Assembly: GCA_963707915.1 (NCBI GenBank)
Contig: OY970178.1
Span: forward strand, 640,001 to 704,000
Source: Candidatus Eiseniibacteriota bacterium
Lineage (GTDB): Bacteria > Eisenbacteria > RBG-16-71-46
Length of the DNA: 64,000 nucleotides
Reading direction: 5' to 3'
Positions within the stretch are counted from its first letter, which is position 1, and every line of letters starts with the position of its first letter. Of this stretch, positions 11,111-23,759 are shown piece after piece. The position numbers and the translations under genes are program-made. Under the pieces are notes generated by a model. That model saw only the letters and a program-made list of their open reading frames with translations. It searched no databases and was not told the DNA's origin.

Positions 11111-11248
11111 CGCCGGGGGGGGACGGGCGCGGGACGCGCCCGGACCCGCTTTTCCCGCGCCCGTGGGCGGCCGTTTGCCTTGCCGGGGGGGAGTCCATAC
11201 CCTGCGGGGGTTCATGCGGTCGTCCGCACCACCTTCCCGGAGGCAGAC

Positions 11249-12010
11249 ATGGAGATGATGGCGCAGCCCCCCGCGGCCGGAGTGCAGTCGGAGCCCGTGA
11301 TGTCGGTCTGGGAACGCTCGTTGGCGATCTTCGCCCGCCCCGCCCAGGCGTGGGCCGGGCTCGAGCACCGGGGCCGGTGGTGGTTCCCGCTGGCCGTCAG
11401 CGTGCTGGTGTCGGTCGCCTCCACCGGCGTGATCTACCAGAGGGCCGTCGTCCCCACCCAGCTCGCCCAGCTCGACCGCCAGGTGGAGGCCGGGCAGATC
11501 CCCCCGGAGACGCTGGACGAGTTCGAGCGGCGCGTGTCGAGCCCCGCGACGCTGGCCATCACCCTGGCCTCCATCGTGATCGTCCTGCCGGTGATGAGCC
11601 TGGCCTTCGCGCTGATGCCGTGGATGGCCGCAGGGTTCATGCTGGGGCGCAGGTTCCGGTACCGGGACGCCTTCGTGGTGACCGCCTGGGCCGGCCTGGT
11701 GAGCATCCCGGCCCAACTCCTGACCTCCGTGCTGGCCTGGACCAACGAGACCATGACCAACATCCACGTCGGCTTCGGCGTGCTGCTGCCGGTCGTGGAT
11801 CCGCCTTCGAAGCTGCTGGTGGGGCTGGGGACGTTCCTCGACCAGGGCATCGGCCCCTTCGCGATCTGGTCGTTCGCAGTGCTGGCCCTGGGGACGGCGG
11901 CGCTCTCGGGGGCCCCGCGCCGGTCCGTGGTGCTCGCGCTCGGGGGGATCTGGCTGGTCGTCATGGCGATCATCTCGGTCATGGCCGGCGTCCTGACGCC
12001 CGGGGCCTGA
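11249..12010 (+). CDS. Yip1 family membrane protein (YknW-like)
   Basis: IFARPAQAWAGL..WWFPL motif, about 5 TMs, upstream of an MFP/ABC efflux set. Confidence 0.75.
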   Translation: MEMMAQPPAAGVQSEPVMSVWERSLAIFARPAQAWAGLEHRGRWWFPLAVSVLVSVASTGVIYQRAVVPTQLAQLDRQVEAGQIPPETLDEFERRVSSPATLAITLASIVIVLPVMSLAFALMPWMAAGFMLGRRFRYRDAFVVTAWAGLVSIPAQLLTSVLAWTNETMTNIHVGFGVLLPVVDPPSKLLVGLGTFLDQGIGPFAIWSFAVLALGTAALSGAPRRSVVLALGGIWLVVMAIISVMAGVLTPGA

Positions 12011-12024
12011 GCCGCCGGACTTCG

Positions 12025-12052
12025 TGCAACACAATCGGTCGCATCCCGTATA
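12025..12052 (+). promoter_or_regulatory. Putative ECF sigma promoter upstream of tolC
   Basis: TGCAAC-16 nt-CGTA(TA), matching the ECF AAC/CGT architecture. Confidence 0.5.
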
Positions 12053-12100
12053 CAGAACAGGCGCGTCCGGATGGACGGACGCCATCCATGGAGGATCCGC

Positions 12101-13462
12101 ATGAGCAGGACGAGCCGGACCATCGCCAGCGTCGCCCTTGCGGGGGTCGTCTGGCTTGCCTCGGATTGCGCCGCGCAGCCGGTGCTGACCGCGGATGACG
12201 CGGTGAAGATGGCCCTGGAGCACAACAGCCAGGTCATCAACGCCGGCGCGGACGTCCTGAGCGCCCGGGGCGGCCTCTACCGCGGGCTCTCGGGCGTGCT
12301 GCCGTCGGTGTCGGCGGGCCTGTCGCGCTCCGGGTCGTGGAACGAGAACAAGCCGGGCACGCAGGCGTTCGCGGGGGCGACCTTCGAGACCCCGCTGCGC
12401 TCCGAGACCTACCAGACCCAGCCGGGCCTGTCGGCGACCTGGAACGTCCTCAACCTGTCCTCGCTGGCGGCGCTGTCCTCGGCCCGCTCCGGCCTGACGG
12501 GAACGACCTGGCAGCGCGTGGCGGTCCGGAACCTGGTGGCGCTGCAGGCGCGCCAGCAGTTCTACGAGGTGGTGAAGGCCGCCAAGCTGGTCGAGGTCAA
12601 CGACAACGCGCTCCTGCTGGCGCGCGACAACGAACGCCGCGTGCGGGTGCTGTTCGAGGTGGGCTCGGTGTCCCGCAGCGACCTGCTGAAGACCCGGGTC
12701 CAGACCGCCCAGAGCCAGCTCGACTCGATCGGCGCGCTGCAGTCGCTGCTGGTGCAGCGCAACGCGCTGGCGAGCCTGATCGGCGTCGCCGAAGCCGCGA
12801 TGGGCAGCGTGGACACGGTGCTCGTGATCACGCCCCGCGACTACGACGAAGCGGCTCTGCTCCGCGAGGCCGAGGCGAACCGGCCCGATCTCAAGGCGGC
12901 CGCCGCCGGACTGCGCTCGGCGCGTGCCACGCTGCTCTCCGCGCGGATGCAGCGCCTGCCCTACGTGAGCGTGTCGGGGAGCGCCACCTTCAACCCGGTC
13001 ACGACCACCAAGAACACGCTGGCCGACACGCTGGGGGTCGAGTTCAACCGGAGCAGCCGGTCGGAATCGGAGCGGCAGCTGGCGGCGCGCGTCTCGCTCA
13101 ACTGGGACTTCTTCGACGGGTTCTCGACCGACGCCGGCGTCGCCTCCGCGCGCGCCGGGCTGCTCAAGGCGCAGGAGGCGCACGACGCGCTGCGCCGCGA
13201 CCTCGCGGGCGAGGTCCACCAGGCGGCGCTCACCTACCAGCAGGCGCTGGCGGCGCACAACGTCGCGGGCAGCGCGGTGGAATCGGCGACCGAGAACATG
13301 AAGCTGACGCAGCAGAAGTACAACGTCGGCTCGGCGACCATCCTCGATCTCATCGATGCGCAGGTGCAGCTCCAGCGTGCGCAGAGCCAGCTCGTCTCGG
13401 CCCTCGCGGGGATCCGCGTGGCCGAGGCGCGCCTCGACCAGGTGCGCGGCCGCGGCGTCTGA
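12101..13462 (+). CDS. TolC family outer membrane efflux protein
   Basis: Signal peptide; two OEP repeats ending [12 protein letters not shown] and [15 protein letters not shown]. Confidence 0.9.
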   Translation: MSRTSRTIASVALAGVVWLASDCAAQPVLTADDAVKMALEHNSQVINAGADVLSARGGLYRGLSGVLPSVSAGLSRSGSWNENKPGTQAFAGATFETPLRSETYQTQPGLSATWNVLNLSSLAALSSARSGLTGTTWQRVAVRNLVALQARQQFYEVVKAAKLVEVNDNALLLARDNERRVRVLFEVGSVSRSDLLKTRVQTAQSQLDSIGALQSLLVQRNALASLIGVAEAAMGSVDTVLVITPRDYDEAALLREAEANRPDLKAAAAGLRSARATLLSARMQRLPYVSVSGSATFNPVTTTKNTLADTLGVEFNRSSRSESERQLAARVSLNWDFFDGFSTDAGVASARAGLLKAQEAHDALRRDLAGEVHQAALTYQQALAAHNVAGSAVESATENMKLTQQKYNVGSATILDLIDAQVQLQRAQSQLVSALAGIRVAEARLDQVRGRGV

Positions 13463-13485
13463 CCCGGAAAGAAGGAGTCACCCAG

Positions 13486-14774
13486 GTGAAGAGCAAGAAG
13501 TGGCTGTGGATCGGTCTCGCCGTGGTGCTGGTCGCCGTGGTGGTGGTCGCGAACGTGCTCCGCAGCAAGGCGGGCAAGGTCGAAGCGGTGCAGTTGACGC
13601 GCGTGCGCCTGGAGGACATCACCTCGCGCGTGCGGGCCCCCGGGAAGATCGAGGCGAAGACCCAGGTCAAGGTGAGCGCGGACATCATGGGCAAGATCGT
13701 GGTGCTCGCGGTCAAGGAGGGCGATCGCGTCCGCGAGGGGCAGCTGATGCTCCAGCTCGACGACACCCAGTACCGTGCGTACGAGGGACAGGCCCGTGCC
13801 ACCGCCGCGAGCGCCCGCGCCCGCGCGCGCGAGGCCGAGCAGAGCCTCAAGGGCGCGGAGGCCACCTACCGGCGGCAGCAGGCGCTGTTCGAGCAGAAGC
13901 TGCTGTCGGAGGCCGAGAAGGACCAGGCCGACAGCGCGATCGAGGCGGCCCGCAGTGCCGCGCAGGCGGCGCGCCAGGAGGTCTCGCGCGCCGACGCGGC
14001 CGTGACCGGGGCCGCGGACAACCTGCGGAAGACGCGCTTCGTCGCGCCGTTCGACGGAGTGGTGAGCGCGCTGAACGTCGAGGCCGGGGAGAACGTCATC
14101 ACCGGCACGATGAACAACCCCGGCACCGAGATCCTGATCGTCTCCGACCTCTCGCGGATGCTGGTGAAGGCCGACGTCGACGAGACGGACGTGGTGGAGA
14201 TGAAGATCGGGCAGAAGGCGAAGATCACCGTGGACGCGCTGCCCGACACGTCGTTCCCCGGCACCGTGACCGAGATCGGCAACACGGCCAAGCGCTCGCT
14301 GACCTCGACGGTCGAGGGGCAGACCAACTTCGAAGTGAAGGTGGTGTTCGACGCCGACGTGCCGCAGGTCCGGCCCGGCATGACCGCGGACGTGGACATC
14401 GAGACGGAGACGCACCGAAAGACCCTGGGCGTCCCGGTGCAGGCCGTGGTGGTCCGCACCCAGCGCGAGTTGGACCGGGCCGCGCAGAAGCCGGGGGCCC
14501 GGAAGCGGCCTGCGAAGGGCGCCGCCGTCGCGGCCGAGGAGGACACCGTCGGTCGCAAGGACAAGGAGATCACCGGCATCTTCGTGGTGGGCAAGGACAA
14601 CGTGGCGAAGTTCGTCCCCGTCCGCACCGGGATCTCGAGCGAGACCGACCTCGAGATCTTCGGCGCCATCAAGCAGGGCGACACGGTGGTGGGGGGGCCG
14701 TACAAGGCCCTTCGCGAGCTCAAGCCCGGCGCCAAGGTGAAACGCGAGGCCGCCAAGGCCGAAGGCGGACGCCG

Positions 14775-14778
<4 letters not shown>
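13486..14778 (+). CDS. Efflux periplasmic adaptor (MacA/HlyD-type membrane fusion protein)
   Basis: GTG start after [33 protein letters not shown]. Confidence 0.9.
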
Positions 14779-16705
<1,927 letters not shown>

Positions 16706-16708
16706 CCC

Positions 16709-17980
16709 ATGGAAGCCCACCTGCTGATCGAGACCTTCCGGATGTCCACGCGTGCGCTGACGTCGAACCGCATGCGTTCGCTGCTCGCCCTGCTGGGGAT
16801 CGTCATCGGCGTCGCGACCGTGATCGGCATGGTCGCGCTGATCAACGGCTTCCAGCGCTCGGTCGAGCAGAGCATCCGCTCCATGGGCACGAACACGATC
16901 TACATCCACCGCATCCGTCCCGGGGTCCACGTCGGCGGGAACGAGATCCCCGACAGCCTCCGGCAGCGCAAGGCCTTCACCGTCGAGGACGGCCAGGCGA
17001 TCGCGACTTCGGCCCCCGCGGTGCGGGCCGTGGCCGCCATCAAGTACGACTACTACGGGCTGCGCCTCGGCTATCGCGGCAAACTGACCCGGGGCACGGA
17101 GGTGTACGGGACGGACGACAACTACCTCGTGGTCCACGGCTTCGAGGTCCAGCGCGGTCGCTACCTCAGCCCCCAGGACGTCGCCCGTCGGGCCAACGTC
17201 GTGGTCATCGGGCCCAGCACGCGGGAGGCGCTGTTCGGGAACCTCAATCCGGTCGGCCGGACCATCCGCGTCGGCACGATCCCGTTCACGGTGATCGGGG
17301 AGTACACCCCCAAGGGGAAGATGCTGGGGCAGGACCTCGACAAGTCGGCGGCCATGCCCTACACCACCATGGACAAGTACTTCTCCGCGCCCGCGGACGC
17401 CCCGCCCTGGGTCCCGCGCCGGGGCGAGCTGTTCCTGCACGCCGTCGCGAGGTCGCCCGAGCTCAGTGAGAAGGCGCAGCAGGAGATCATGGAGATCCTC
17501 CGGGTGCGCCGGCACCTGCGGAGCAACAAGCCGAACGACTTCGCGGTGTTCACCGACGAGGCGATCCTGTCGATCCTCAACCAGCTCACGGGCGGGATCG
17601 TGCTGGTCATGATCCTGATCTCGGGGGTCTCCCTGCTGGTGGGCGGGATCGGGGTCATGAACATCATGCTGGTGGCCGTCACCGAGCGGACCCGCGAGAT
17701 CGGCCTGCGGAAGGCCGTGGGAGCGCCGCGGAAGGCGATCCTCGCCCAGTTCCTGGCCGAGGCGATCATGCTCACCGCCACGGGCGGGGCCATCGGCGTG
17801 GCGCTGGGCTGGATCATCGCGGCGGGCGTGAGGGCGGCCACGCCGCTGCCCACGTACGTATCTCCATGGTCGGTCGTCCTGGGGCTGGTCTTCTCGGCGG
17901 CGGTGGGGGTCTTCTTCGGGCTCTACCCGGCCATGCGTGCGTCGCGGCTCGACCCGGTGGACGCACTGCGCTACGAGTAG
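16709..17980 (+). CDS. MacB/FtsX-type ABC permease (second)
   Basis: MNIMLVAVTERTREIGLRKAVGA; LDPVDALRYE. Confidence 0.93.
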   Translation: MEAHLLIETFRMSTRALTSNRMRSLLALLGIVIGVATVIGMVALINGFQRSVEQSIRSMGTNTIYIHRIRPGVHVGGNEIPDSLRQRKAFTVEDGQAIATSAPAVRAVAAIKYDYYGLRLGYRGKLTRGTEVYGTDDNYLVVHGFEVQRGRYLSPQDVARRANVVVIGPSTREALFGNLNPVGRTIRVGTIPFTVIGEYTPKGKMLGQDLDKSAAMPYTTMDKYFSAPADAPPWVPRRGELFLHAVARSPELSEKAQQEIMEILRVRRHLRSNKPNDFAVFTDEAILSILNQLTGGIVLVMILISGVSLLVGGIGVMNIMLVAVTERTREIGLRKAVGAPRKAILAQFLAEAIMLTATGGAIGVALGWIIAAGVRAATPLPTYVSPWSVVLGLVFSAAVGVFFGLYPAMRASRLDPVDALRYE

Positions 17981-18032
17981 CGAGCCGCCGGCGACGGCGG
18001 CGCGCGCAGGGCACTCCTGCTATATTCCGGGC

Positions 18033-20933
18033 ATGACTCCGCGTGCCCGAACCCCGCGTCCGCTCCGGACCGCCCACGCGGCGCCGGCCCCTGCCGGGCG
18101 CGGGCTCTCCGACATCGTCATCCGCGGCGCGCGCGAGCACAACCTCCAGGACCTGACGCTCCGGCTGCCCCGGCAGAGCCTCATCGTGGTCACCGGCGTC
18201 TCCGGCTCGGGCAAGTCGTCGCTGGCCTTCGACACGCTCTATGCCGAGGGCCAGCGACGCTACGTCGAGTCGCTCTCCGCCTACGCGCGGCAGTTCCTCG
18301 GCCAGATGGAGAAGCCCGAGGTGGACTCGATCGAGGGGCTCTCTCCCGCGATCGCGATCGAGCAGCGCAGCGCGGGGTCGAACCCGCGCTCGACGGTCGC
18401 CACCATCACCGAGATCTACGACTACCTGCGCCTCCTGTTCGCGCGGCTCGGGGTGCAGCATTGCCCGGCGTGCGACACGCCGATGCGTCGCCAGAGCGTG
18501 CAGGAGATCGTCGACACCGTCGCGGGGCGGTTCGGCGGGGCGCGGATCGCGCTGCTCGCGCCCCTGGTGCGCGGCAAGAAGGGCGAGTATCGCAAGGAGC
18601 TCGAGGCGGTGCACCGCCAGGGCTACCTGCGGGCGCGGATCGACGGCGAGTGGGTGGAGCTGGACGATCCGCCGAAGCTGGCGCGCTACAAGCGCCACGA
18701 GATCGACGTCGTCGTGGACCGCCTGACGGTGGACGAGGGCGCGCGTTCGCGGCTGGCCGACTCGATCGAGACGGCACTCAAGCTGGGCGGGGGGCTGGTC
18801 GCCGTGGCGCGGGCCGAGGGCGTGCGCGGCGGCGAGGACCTGCTGTTCAGCCAGGGGGCGGCCTGCCCGAAGTGCGGGACCAGCGTGGCGGAACTCCAGC
18901 CGCGCAGCTTCTCGTTCAATTCCCCGTTCGGCGCGTGCCCGACCTGCGAGGGGCTCGGCAGCCTGCTCAAGGTGGACCCGGAGCGCGTGGTGCCGGACCC
19001 GTCGCTCTCGATCGCCGACGGGGCCATCGCGGCGTGGGGCGATGCCGGCGGCACCTGGGTGGGCGGTACGCTCAAGGCGCTGGCCAAGCGGTTCGACTTC
19101 TCCCTGCAGCAACCGTGGAAGCGGCTCCCGCAACGCGTTCAGACGCTTCTGCTTCACGGCACGGGCGAGGAGGAGGTGCGCTTCGAGTACAAGATGCGCA
19201 AGGGCTCCTCGTGGGTCCATACCGGCGCCTTCGAGGGGGTGATCCGGAACCTGGAGCGGCGCCATCGCGAGACGACGAGCGAACACGTCCGCCGCTGGAT
19301 CCACAGCCTGATGAACCCGCGGCCCTGCCCGGCGTGCCGCGGGCGGCGGCTGAAGCCCGAGAGCCTGGCCGTGCGCCTGGCGGGGCGCGACATCTCCGCC
19401 TGGGCGGCGTCCTCGGTGGAGGAGGCGCGGGCCGCGCTGGCGGGGCTCCGGTTCGAAGGGGCCCAGCGCGCGATCGCCGGGCCGATCCTCAAGGAGATCG
19501 AGAGCCGCCTGGGATTCCTCGAGGACGTCGGGCTCGGCTACCTGACGCTCGACCGCCCTGCGGCGAGCCTCGCCGGCGGCGAGGCCCAGCGCATCCGGCT
19601 CGCCACGCAGATCGGCTCGCAGCTCACCGGCGTGCTGTACATCCTGGACGAGCCCTCGATCGGGCTCCACCACCGCGACAACCAGAAGCTCCTCGCGACG
19701 CTGCTGCGCCTGCGGGACCTCGGGAACACGGTGGTGGTGGTGGAGCACGACCGCGACACCATGCTGGCCGCCGACTGGCTGGTGGACCTCGGCCCCGGGG
19801 CCGGGCGCCACGGCGGCCGCCTGGTCGCGGCGGGAACCCCGGCCGAGGTGCTGCAGGTCGCGGGCTCGCTCACCGCCCAGTACCTCTCCGGGGCGCGCAC
19901 CATCCCGGTGCCCGCGACGCGCCGCCCGGGGGATGGCCGGCAGCTCGAGATCCTCGGCGCGCGCGAGCACAACCTGAAGGACGTGGACGTGCGCGTCCCG
20001 CTGGGGACCTTCACCTGCGTCACCGGCGTGTCGGGCTCGGGCAAGAGCACGCTGGTGAACGACATCCTGCTGGCCGCGCTGCAGCGCCGGCTGCTCGAGA
20101 GCGGGCCGGTGCCGGGGGCGCACCGCGCCCTCAAGGGCGCCGAGCACGTGGACAAGGTGGTGGCCATCGACCAGAGCCCGATCGGGCGCACGCCGCGCTC
20201 GAATCCCGCCACCTACACCGGCACGTTCGGCTTCATCCGCGACCTGTTCGCGCGCCTGCCCGAGGCGAAGGTGCGCGGGTACGGGCCCGGGCGCTTCTCG
20301 TTCAACGTGAAGGGCGGCCGCTGCGAGGCGTGCGCGGGGGACGGGCTGCGCAAGATCGAGATGCACTTCCTGCCCGACGTCTTCGTGCGCTGCGACCTGT
20401 GCCACGGCCGGCGCTACAACCGCGAGACGCTGGAGGTGCTCTACCGGGGGCGATCCATCGCCGACGTGCTGGACCTGACGGTGGAGGAGGCGCTGGAGTT
20501 CCTCGGGGCCGTGCCGCCGCTCCGGCGCAAGCTCGAGACGCTCCGGTCGGTCGGCCTCGGGTACGTGCACCTGGGGCAGTCGGCCACCACGCTCTCGGGC
20601 GGGGAGGCGCAACGCGTCAAGCTCGCGACCGAGCTGTCGCGGGTGGCGACCGGCCGGACGTTGTACATTCTGGACGAGCCCACCACCGGGCTGCACTTCG
20701 AGGACGTGCGCATGCTGCTGGAGGTGCTGCACTCCCTGGTCGAGCGCGGGAACACGGTGGTGGTGATCGAGCACAACCTGGACGTCGTCAAGAGCGCAGA
20801 CTGGTTGATCGACCTGGGTCCCGAGGGTGGGGAGCGCGGCGGTGCCGTGATCGCCACCGGGCCCCCCGAGGTGGTGAGCCGCGCACGGGGGTCCTACACC
20901 GGAGAGGCTCTACGGGAGGTCCTGTCCCGATGA
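18033..20933 (+). CDS. uvrA: Excinuclease ABC subunit A
   Basis: GAREHNL, two GVSGSGKS Walker A motifs, Zn fingers, [15 protein letters not shown]. Confidence 0.97.
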   Translation: MTPRARTPRPLRTAHAAPAPAGRGLSDIVIRGAREHNLQDLTLRLPRQSLIVVTGVSGSGKSSLAFDTLYAEGQRRYVESLSAYARQFLGQMEKPEVDSIEGLSPAIAIEQRSAGSNPRSTVATITEIYDYLRLLFARLGVQHCPACDTPMRRQSVQEIVDTVAGRFGGARIALLAPLVRGKKGEYRKELEAVHRQGYLRARIDGEWVELDDPPKLARYKRHEIDVVVDRLTVDEGARSRLADSIETALKLGGGLVAVARAEGVRGGEDLLFSQGAACPKCGTSVAELQPRSFSFNSPFGACPTCEGLGSLLKVDPERVVPDPSLSIADGAIAAWGDAGGTWVGGTLKALAKRFDFSLQQPWKRLPQRVQTLLLHGTGEEEVRFEYKMRKGSSWVHTGAFEGVIRNLERRHRETTSEHVRRWIHSLMNPRPCPACRGRRLKPESLAVRLAGRDISAWAASSVEEARAALAGLRFEGAQRAIAGPILKEIESRLGFLEDVGLGYLTLDRPAASLAGGEAQRIRLATQIGSQLTGVLYILDEPSIGLHHRDNQKLLATLLRLRDLGNTVVVVEHDRDTMLAADWLVDLGPGAGRHGGRLVAAGTPAEVLQVAGSLTAQYLSGARTIPVPATRRPGDGRQLEILGAREHNLKDVDVRVPLGTFTCVTGVSGSGKSTLVNDILLAALQRRLLESGPVPGAHRALKGAEHVDKVVAIDQSPIGRTPRSNPATYTGTFGFIRDLFARLPEAKVRGYGPGRFSFNVKGGRCEACAGDGLRKIEMHFLPDVFVRCDLCHGRRYNRETLEVLYRGRSIADVLDLTVEEALEFLGAVPPLRRKLETLRSVGLGYVHLGQSATTLSGGEAQRVKLATELSRVATGRTLYILDEPTTGLHFEDVRMLLEVLHSLVERGNTVVVIEHNLDVVKSADWLIDLGPEGGERGGAVIATGPPEVVSRARGSYTGEALREVLSR

Positions 20934-22039
20934 ATCCGACTGCCGCCGTTCCCCGCGAGACGCCCCGAACGCCCCGCGCCGTCCCGACCGGCACCATGAG
21001 GGCCGTGGTCAAGGCCCGGGCCGGCACGGGCGTCGAGATCCGCGAAGTGCCGGTCCCCGTAGCGGGGCCGGGGCAGCTCCTCCTGCGCGTCCTGCGCGCG
21101 GGCATCTGCGGCACCGACCTGCACATCTACGAGTGGGACGACTGGAGTCGGAACCGCATCCGGCCGCCGGTGACCATCGGCCACGAGTTCGTGGGCGAGA
21201 TCGTCGCCGTGGGGGCGGGGGTCACCGACTTCGAGCCCGGCGAGCGGGTCTCCTTCGAGAGCCACATCGTCTGCGGCCACTGCACCGCGTGCCGCACCGG
21301 CAACGCGCATGTCTGCCAGAAGACCCGGATCCTCGGCGTGGACGTCGACGGCGGGTTCGCCGAGTACGCGGCGGCGCCCGCGGTCAACGCCTGGCGCGCC
21401 CCGGCGAACGTGCCGCTCGAGGTGCAGAGCATCATGGAGCCGCTCGGCAACGCGGTGCACACCGCCTTCTCCGGCGAGCTCTCCGCCTGCCGTATCGCCG
21501 TGACCGGCTGCGGCCCGATCGGCCTGTTCGCGCTGGGCGTGGCGCGCGCGGCGGGCGCCTGCCAGGTGATCGCCAGCGACGTCTCGCCCTACCGGCTCGA
21601 GCTCGCGCGGCAGATGAAGGCGGACGCCGTCATCGACGTGTCGAAGGAGGACTTCGTCGAACGGGTCGCGCAACTCACCGACGGACGCGGGCTGGACGGC
21701 GTGCTGGAGATGTCCGGCAACGCGAAGGCCATCCGCGACGGCCTGGCCGCGCTGCGCAACGGCGGCCGGCTGTCGCTGCTGGGCCTGCCTCGCGAGGAGT
21801 TCGGCCTGGACTGGAACAAGCTGCTGGTCTTCAAGGGAGTGACGATCCACGGCATCGCCGGACGGCGGATGTACGAGACCTGGTACCAGATGGACAACCT
21901 GCTGCGTACCGGCAGCCTGGACGTGCGGCCCGCCATCTCGCACGTCATGCCGATGGAGCAGGTGGTCGAGGGCATCGAGCTGCTGCGCTCCGGCAACGCC
22001 GGCAAGATCGTGCTCGTTCCCTGGGGGCAGGAGGCGTAG
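20930..22039 (+). CDS. tdh: L-threonine 3-dehydrogenase (alternative start ATG 20996)
   Basis: ICGTDLHIYEWDDW, GHEFVG, CGHCTACRTG..C, GRRMYETWYQM. Confidence 0.9.
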   Translation: MNPTAAVPRETPRTPRAVPTGTMRAVVKARAGTGVEIREVPVPVAGPGQLLLRVLRAGICGTDLHIYEWDDWSRNRIRPPVTIGHEFVGEIVAVGAGVTDFEPGERVSFESHIVCGHCTACRTGNAHVCQKTRILGVDVDGGFAEYAAAPAVNAWRAPANVPLEVQSIMEPLGNAVHTAFSGELSACRIAVTGCGPIGLFALGVARAAGACQVIASDVSPYRLELARQMKADAVIDVSKEDFVERVAQLTDGRGLDGVLEMSGNAKAIRDGLAALRNGGRLSLLGLPREEFGLDWNKLLVFKGVTIHGIAGRRMYETWYQMDNLLRTGSLDVRPAISHVMPMEQVVEGIELLRSGNAGKIVLVPWGQEA

Positions 22040-22189
22040 CCCCTCGCACCGCCGACCGGGGGCGCTCCCGGTCTGCGGCGGGCCCGGCACGGGTGACTCC
22101 GCCGGACGGCCCCGCGTGCCCGCCGGCGCGCGGGCGGGCACGCCGTCCACCGTGGTTCAGCCCGTGAATACCCCTGGACCGGGCGCGCC

Positions 22190-22218
22190 TTGACCGCATC
22201 CGGAGCCTTCGCTACCTT
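22190..22218 (+). promoter_or_regulatory. Putative sigma70 promoter of gcv operon
   Basis: TTGACC-17-TACCTT. Confidence 0.5.
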
Positions 22219-22249
22219 GCGAATGTCCGTCCATCCGCAAGGAGCCGCC

Positions 22250-23359
22250 ATGTCCAGTCACGCAGTCGCAAGGCCCACACCGTTCACCGTTTACCACCGT
22301 GCGCTCGGTGCGAAGCTCGTGGAGTTCGCGGGCTTCGAGCTGCCCCTGCGCTACTCCGGAGACCTGCGCGAGCACCTTTGCGTGCGCAACGCGGCAGGCG
22401 TCTTCGACATCACCCACATGGGCGAGTACCACGTCTCGGGGCCCGGCGCGGGGGAGTTCATCCACCGCATGGTCACGAACGACGTGCTGGGCATGCAGGT
22501 CGGCCAGGCGATCTACACGGCGATGTGCCGCCCGGACGGGGGCATCGTGGACGACCTGCTCGTCTACCGCCTGCCGGACCGGTGGATGATGGTCGTGAAC
22601 GGGGCGACGAACGCCAAGGACTGGGCGTGGCTGCAGGGCCAGGTGCCGGCGGGCGTCGAGCTGCGCGACATCAGCGACGAGACCGCGCTGCTGGCCGTGC
22701 AGGGGCCGAAGGCCGAGCGGGTGCTGCGCGGGCACGTGCCCGACGCGGCCCTCGACCTGGGCTTCTACCGCCTGATGGAGGGCGCGGCGTTCGGCGCCCC
22801 GGCGGTCATCTCGCGCACCGGGTACACCGGCGAGGACGGCTTCGAGCTGTATTTCGCCCCGCGCCACGCCGCCCAGGTATGGGAAGGGCTGATGGCGGCG
22901 GGCCGCCCGCACGGGCTCGAGCCGGTGGGGCTCGCGGCCCGCGACTCCCTGCGGCTCGAGATGGGCTACATGCTCTACGGGAACGACATCGACGACACGA
23001 CCACGCCGCTGGAAGCCGGGATCGGCTGGACGGTGAAGCTGAAGAAGGACGCGTTCAACGGACGCGAGGCCCTGCTGCGGCAGAAGGAGGGGGGACTCGC
23101 CCGCAAGCTCGTGGGCTTCGATCTCGATGGGCGGCGGGTCGCGCGGCACGGCATGGTGATCGAATCCGGCGGGCGCGCCGTGGGCCGGGTCACGAGTGGC
23201 ACGTTCAGCCCGAGCCTCGAGCGCCCGATCGGCATGGGCTACGTGGAAACCGCGCTGGACCGACCGGGCGGCACCCTCGAGGTGCTGGCCGGCGGGACGC
23301 GCCTCAATGCGCGCATCGCTCCGCGCCCGTTCTGGACGCGGGGCTCGCGCCGTTCCTGA
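22250..23359 (+). CDS. gcvT: Glycine cleavage aminomethyltransferase T
   Basis: FDITHMG, SRTGYTGEDGFE, ARDSLRLEMG. Confidence 0.96.
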   Translation: MSSHAVARPTPFTVYHRALGAKLVEFAGFELPLRYSGDLREHLCVRNAAGVFDITHMGEYHVSGPGAGEFIHRMVTNDVLGMQVGQAIYTAMCRPDGGIVDDLLVYRLPDRWMMVVNGATNAKDWAWLQGQVPAGVELRDISDETALLAVQGPKAERVLRGHVPDAALDLGFYRLMEGAAFGAPAVISRTGYTGEDGFELYFAPRHAAQVWEGLMAAGRPHGLEPVGLAARDSLRLEMGYMLYGNDIDDTTTPLEAGIGWTVKLKKDAFNGREALLRQKEGGLARKLVGFDLDGRRVARHGMVIESGGRAVGRVTSGTFSPSLERPIGMGYVETALDRPGGTLEVLAGGTRLNARIAPRPFWTRGSRRS

Positions 23360-23369
23360 GGAGGGTGCC

Positions 23370-23759
23370 TTGGGCTACCCGGATGACGTCCGTTACACCG
23401 CCGAGCACGAGTGGGCCCGGCTCGAGAATGGCATCGTCACGATCGGAGTCACGTCCTACGCCACCGAGCAGCTCGGCGACGTGGTCTTCGTGGAGCTGCC
23501 GGAGAGCGGCGCGCGCCTGGAGGCGCTCAAGGCGTTCGGCGTGATCGAGGCCGTGAAGACGGTGAGCGACCTCTTCGCCCCGGTGTCGGGCGAGGTGCTC
23601 GAACGCAATGGCGCCCTCGCGGACAACCCGGCGCTGGTGAACCAGGACCCGTTCGGCGAGGGCTGGATCCTGCGCGTCCGGCCGTCGGACCCGGCCGAGT
23701 ATGCCAAGTTGATGTCGAACGTCGACTACGAGCGTCACGTCGAGGAGCAGCACGCATGA
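23370..23759 (+). CDS. gcvH: Glycine cleavage H protein (TTG start)
   Basis: YTAEHEWA, QLGDVVFVELP, lipoyl Lys in IEAVKTVSD, VNQDPFGEGW. Confidence 0.95.
   Translation: MGYPDDVRYTAEHEWARLENGIVTIGVTSYATEQLGDVVFVELPESGARLEALKAFGVIEAVKTVSDLFAPVSGEVLERNGALADNPALVNQDPFGEGWILRVRPSDPAEYAKLMSNVDYERHVEEQHA

Noticed and set aside
22040..22249. Possible glycine riboswitch upstream of gcvT
   Set aside because: No aptamer motifs were recognised, and the predicted promoter leaves only a leader of about 25 nt.
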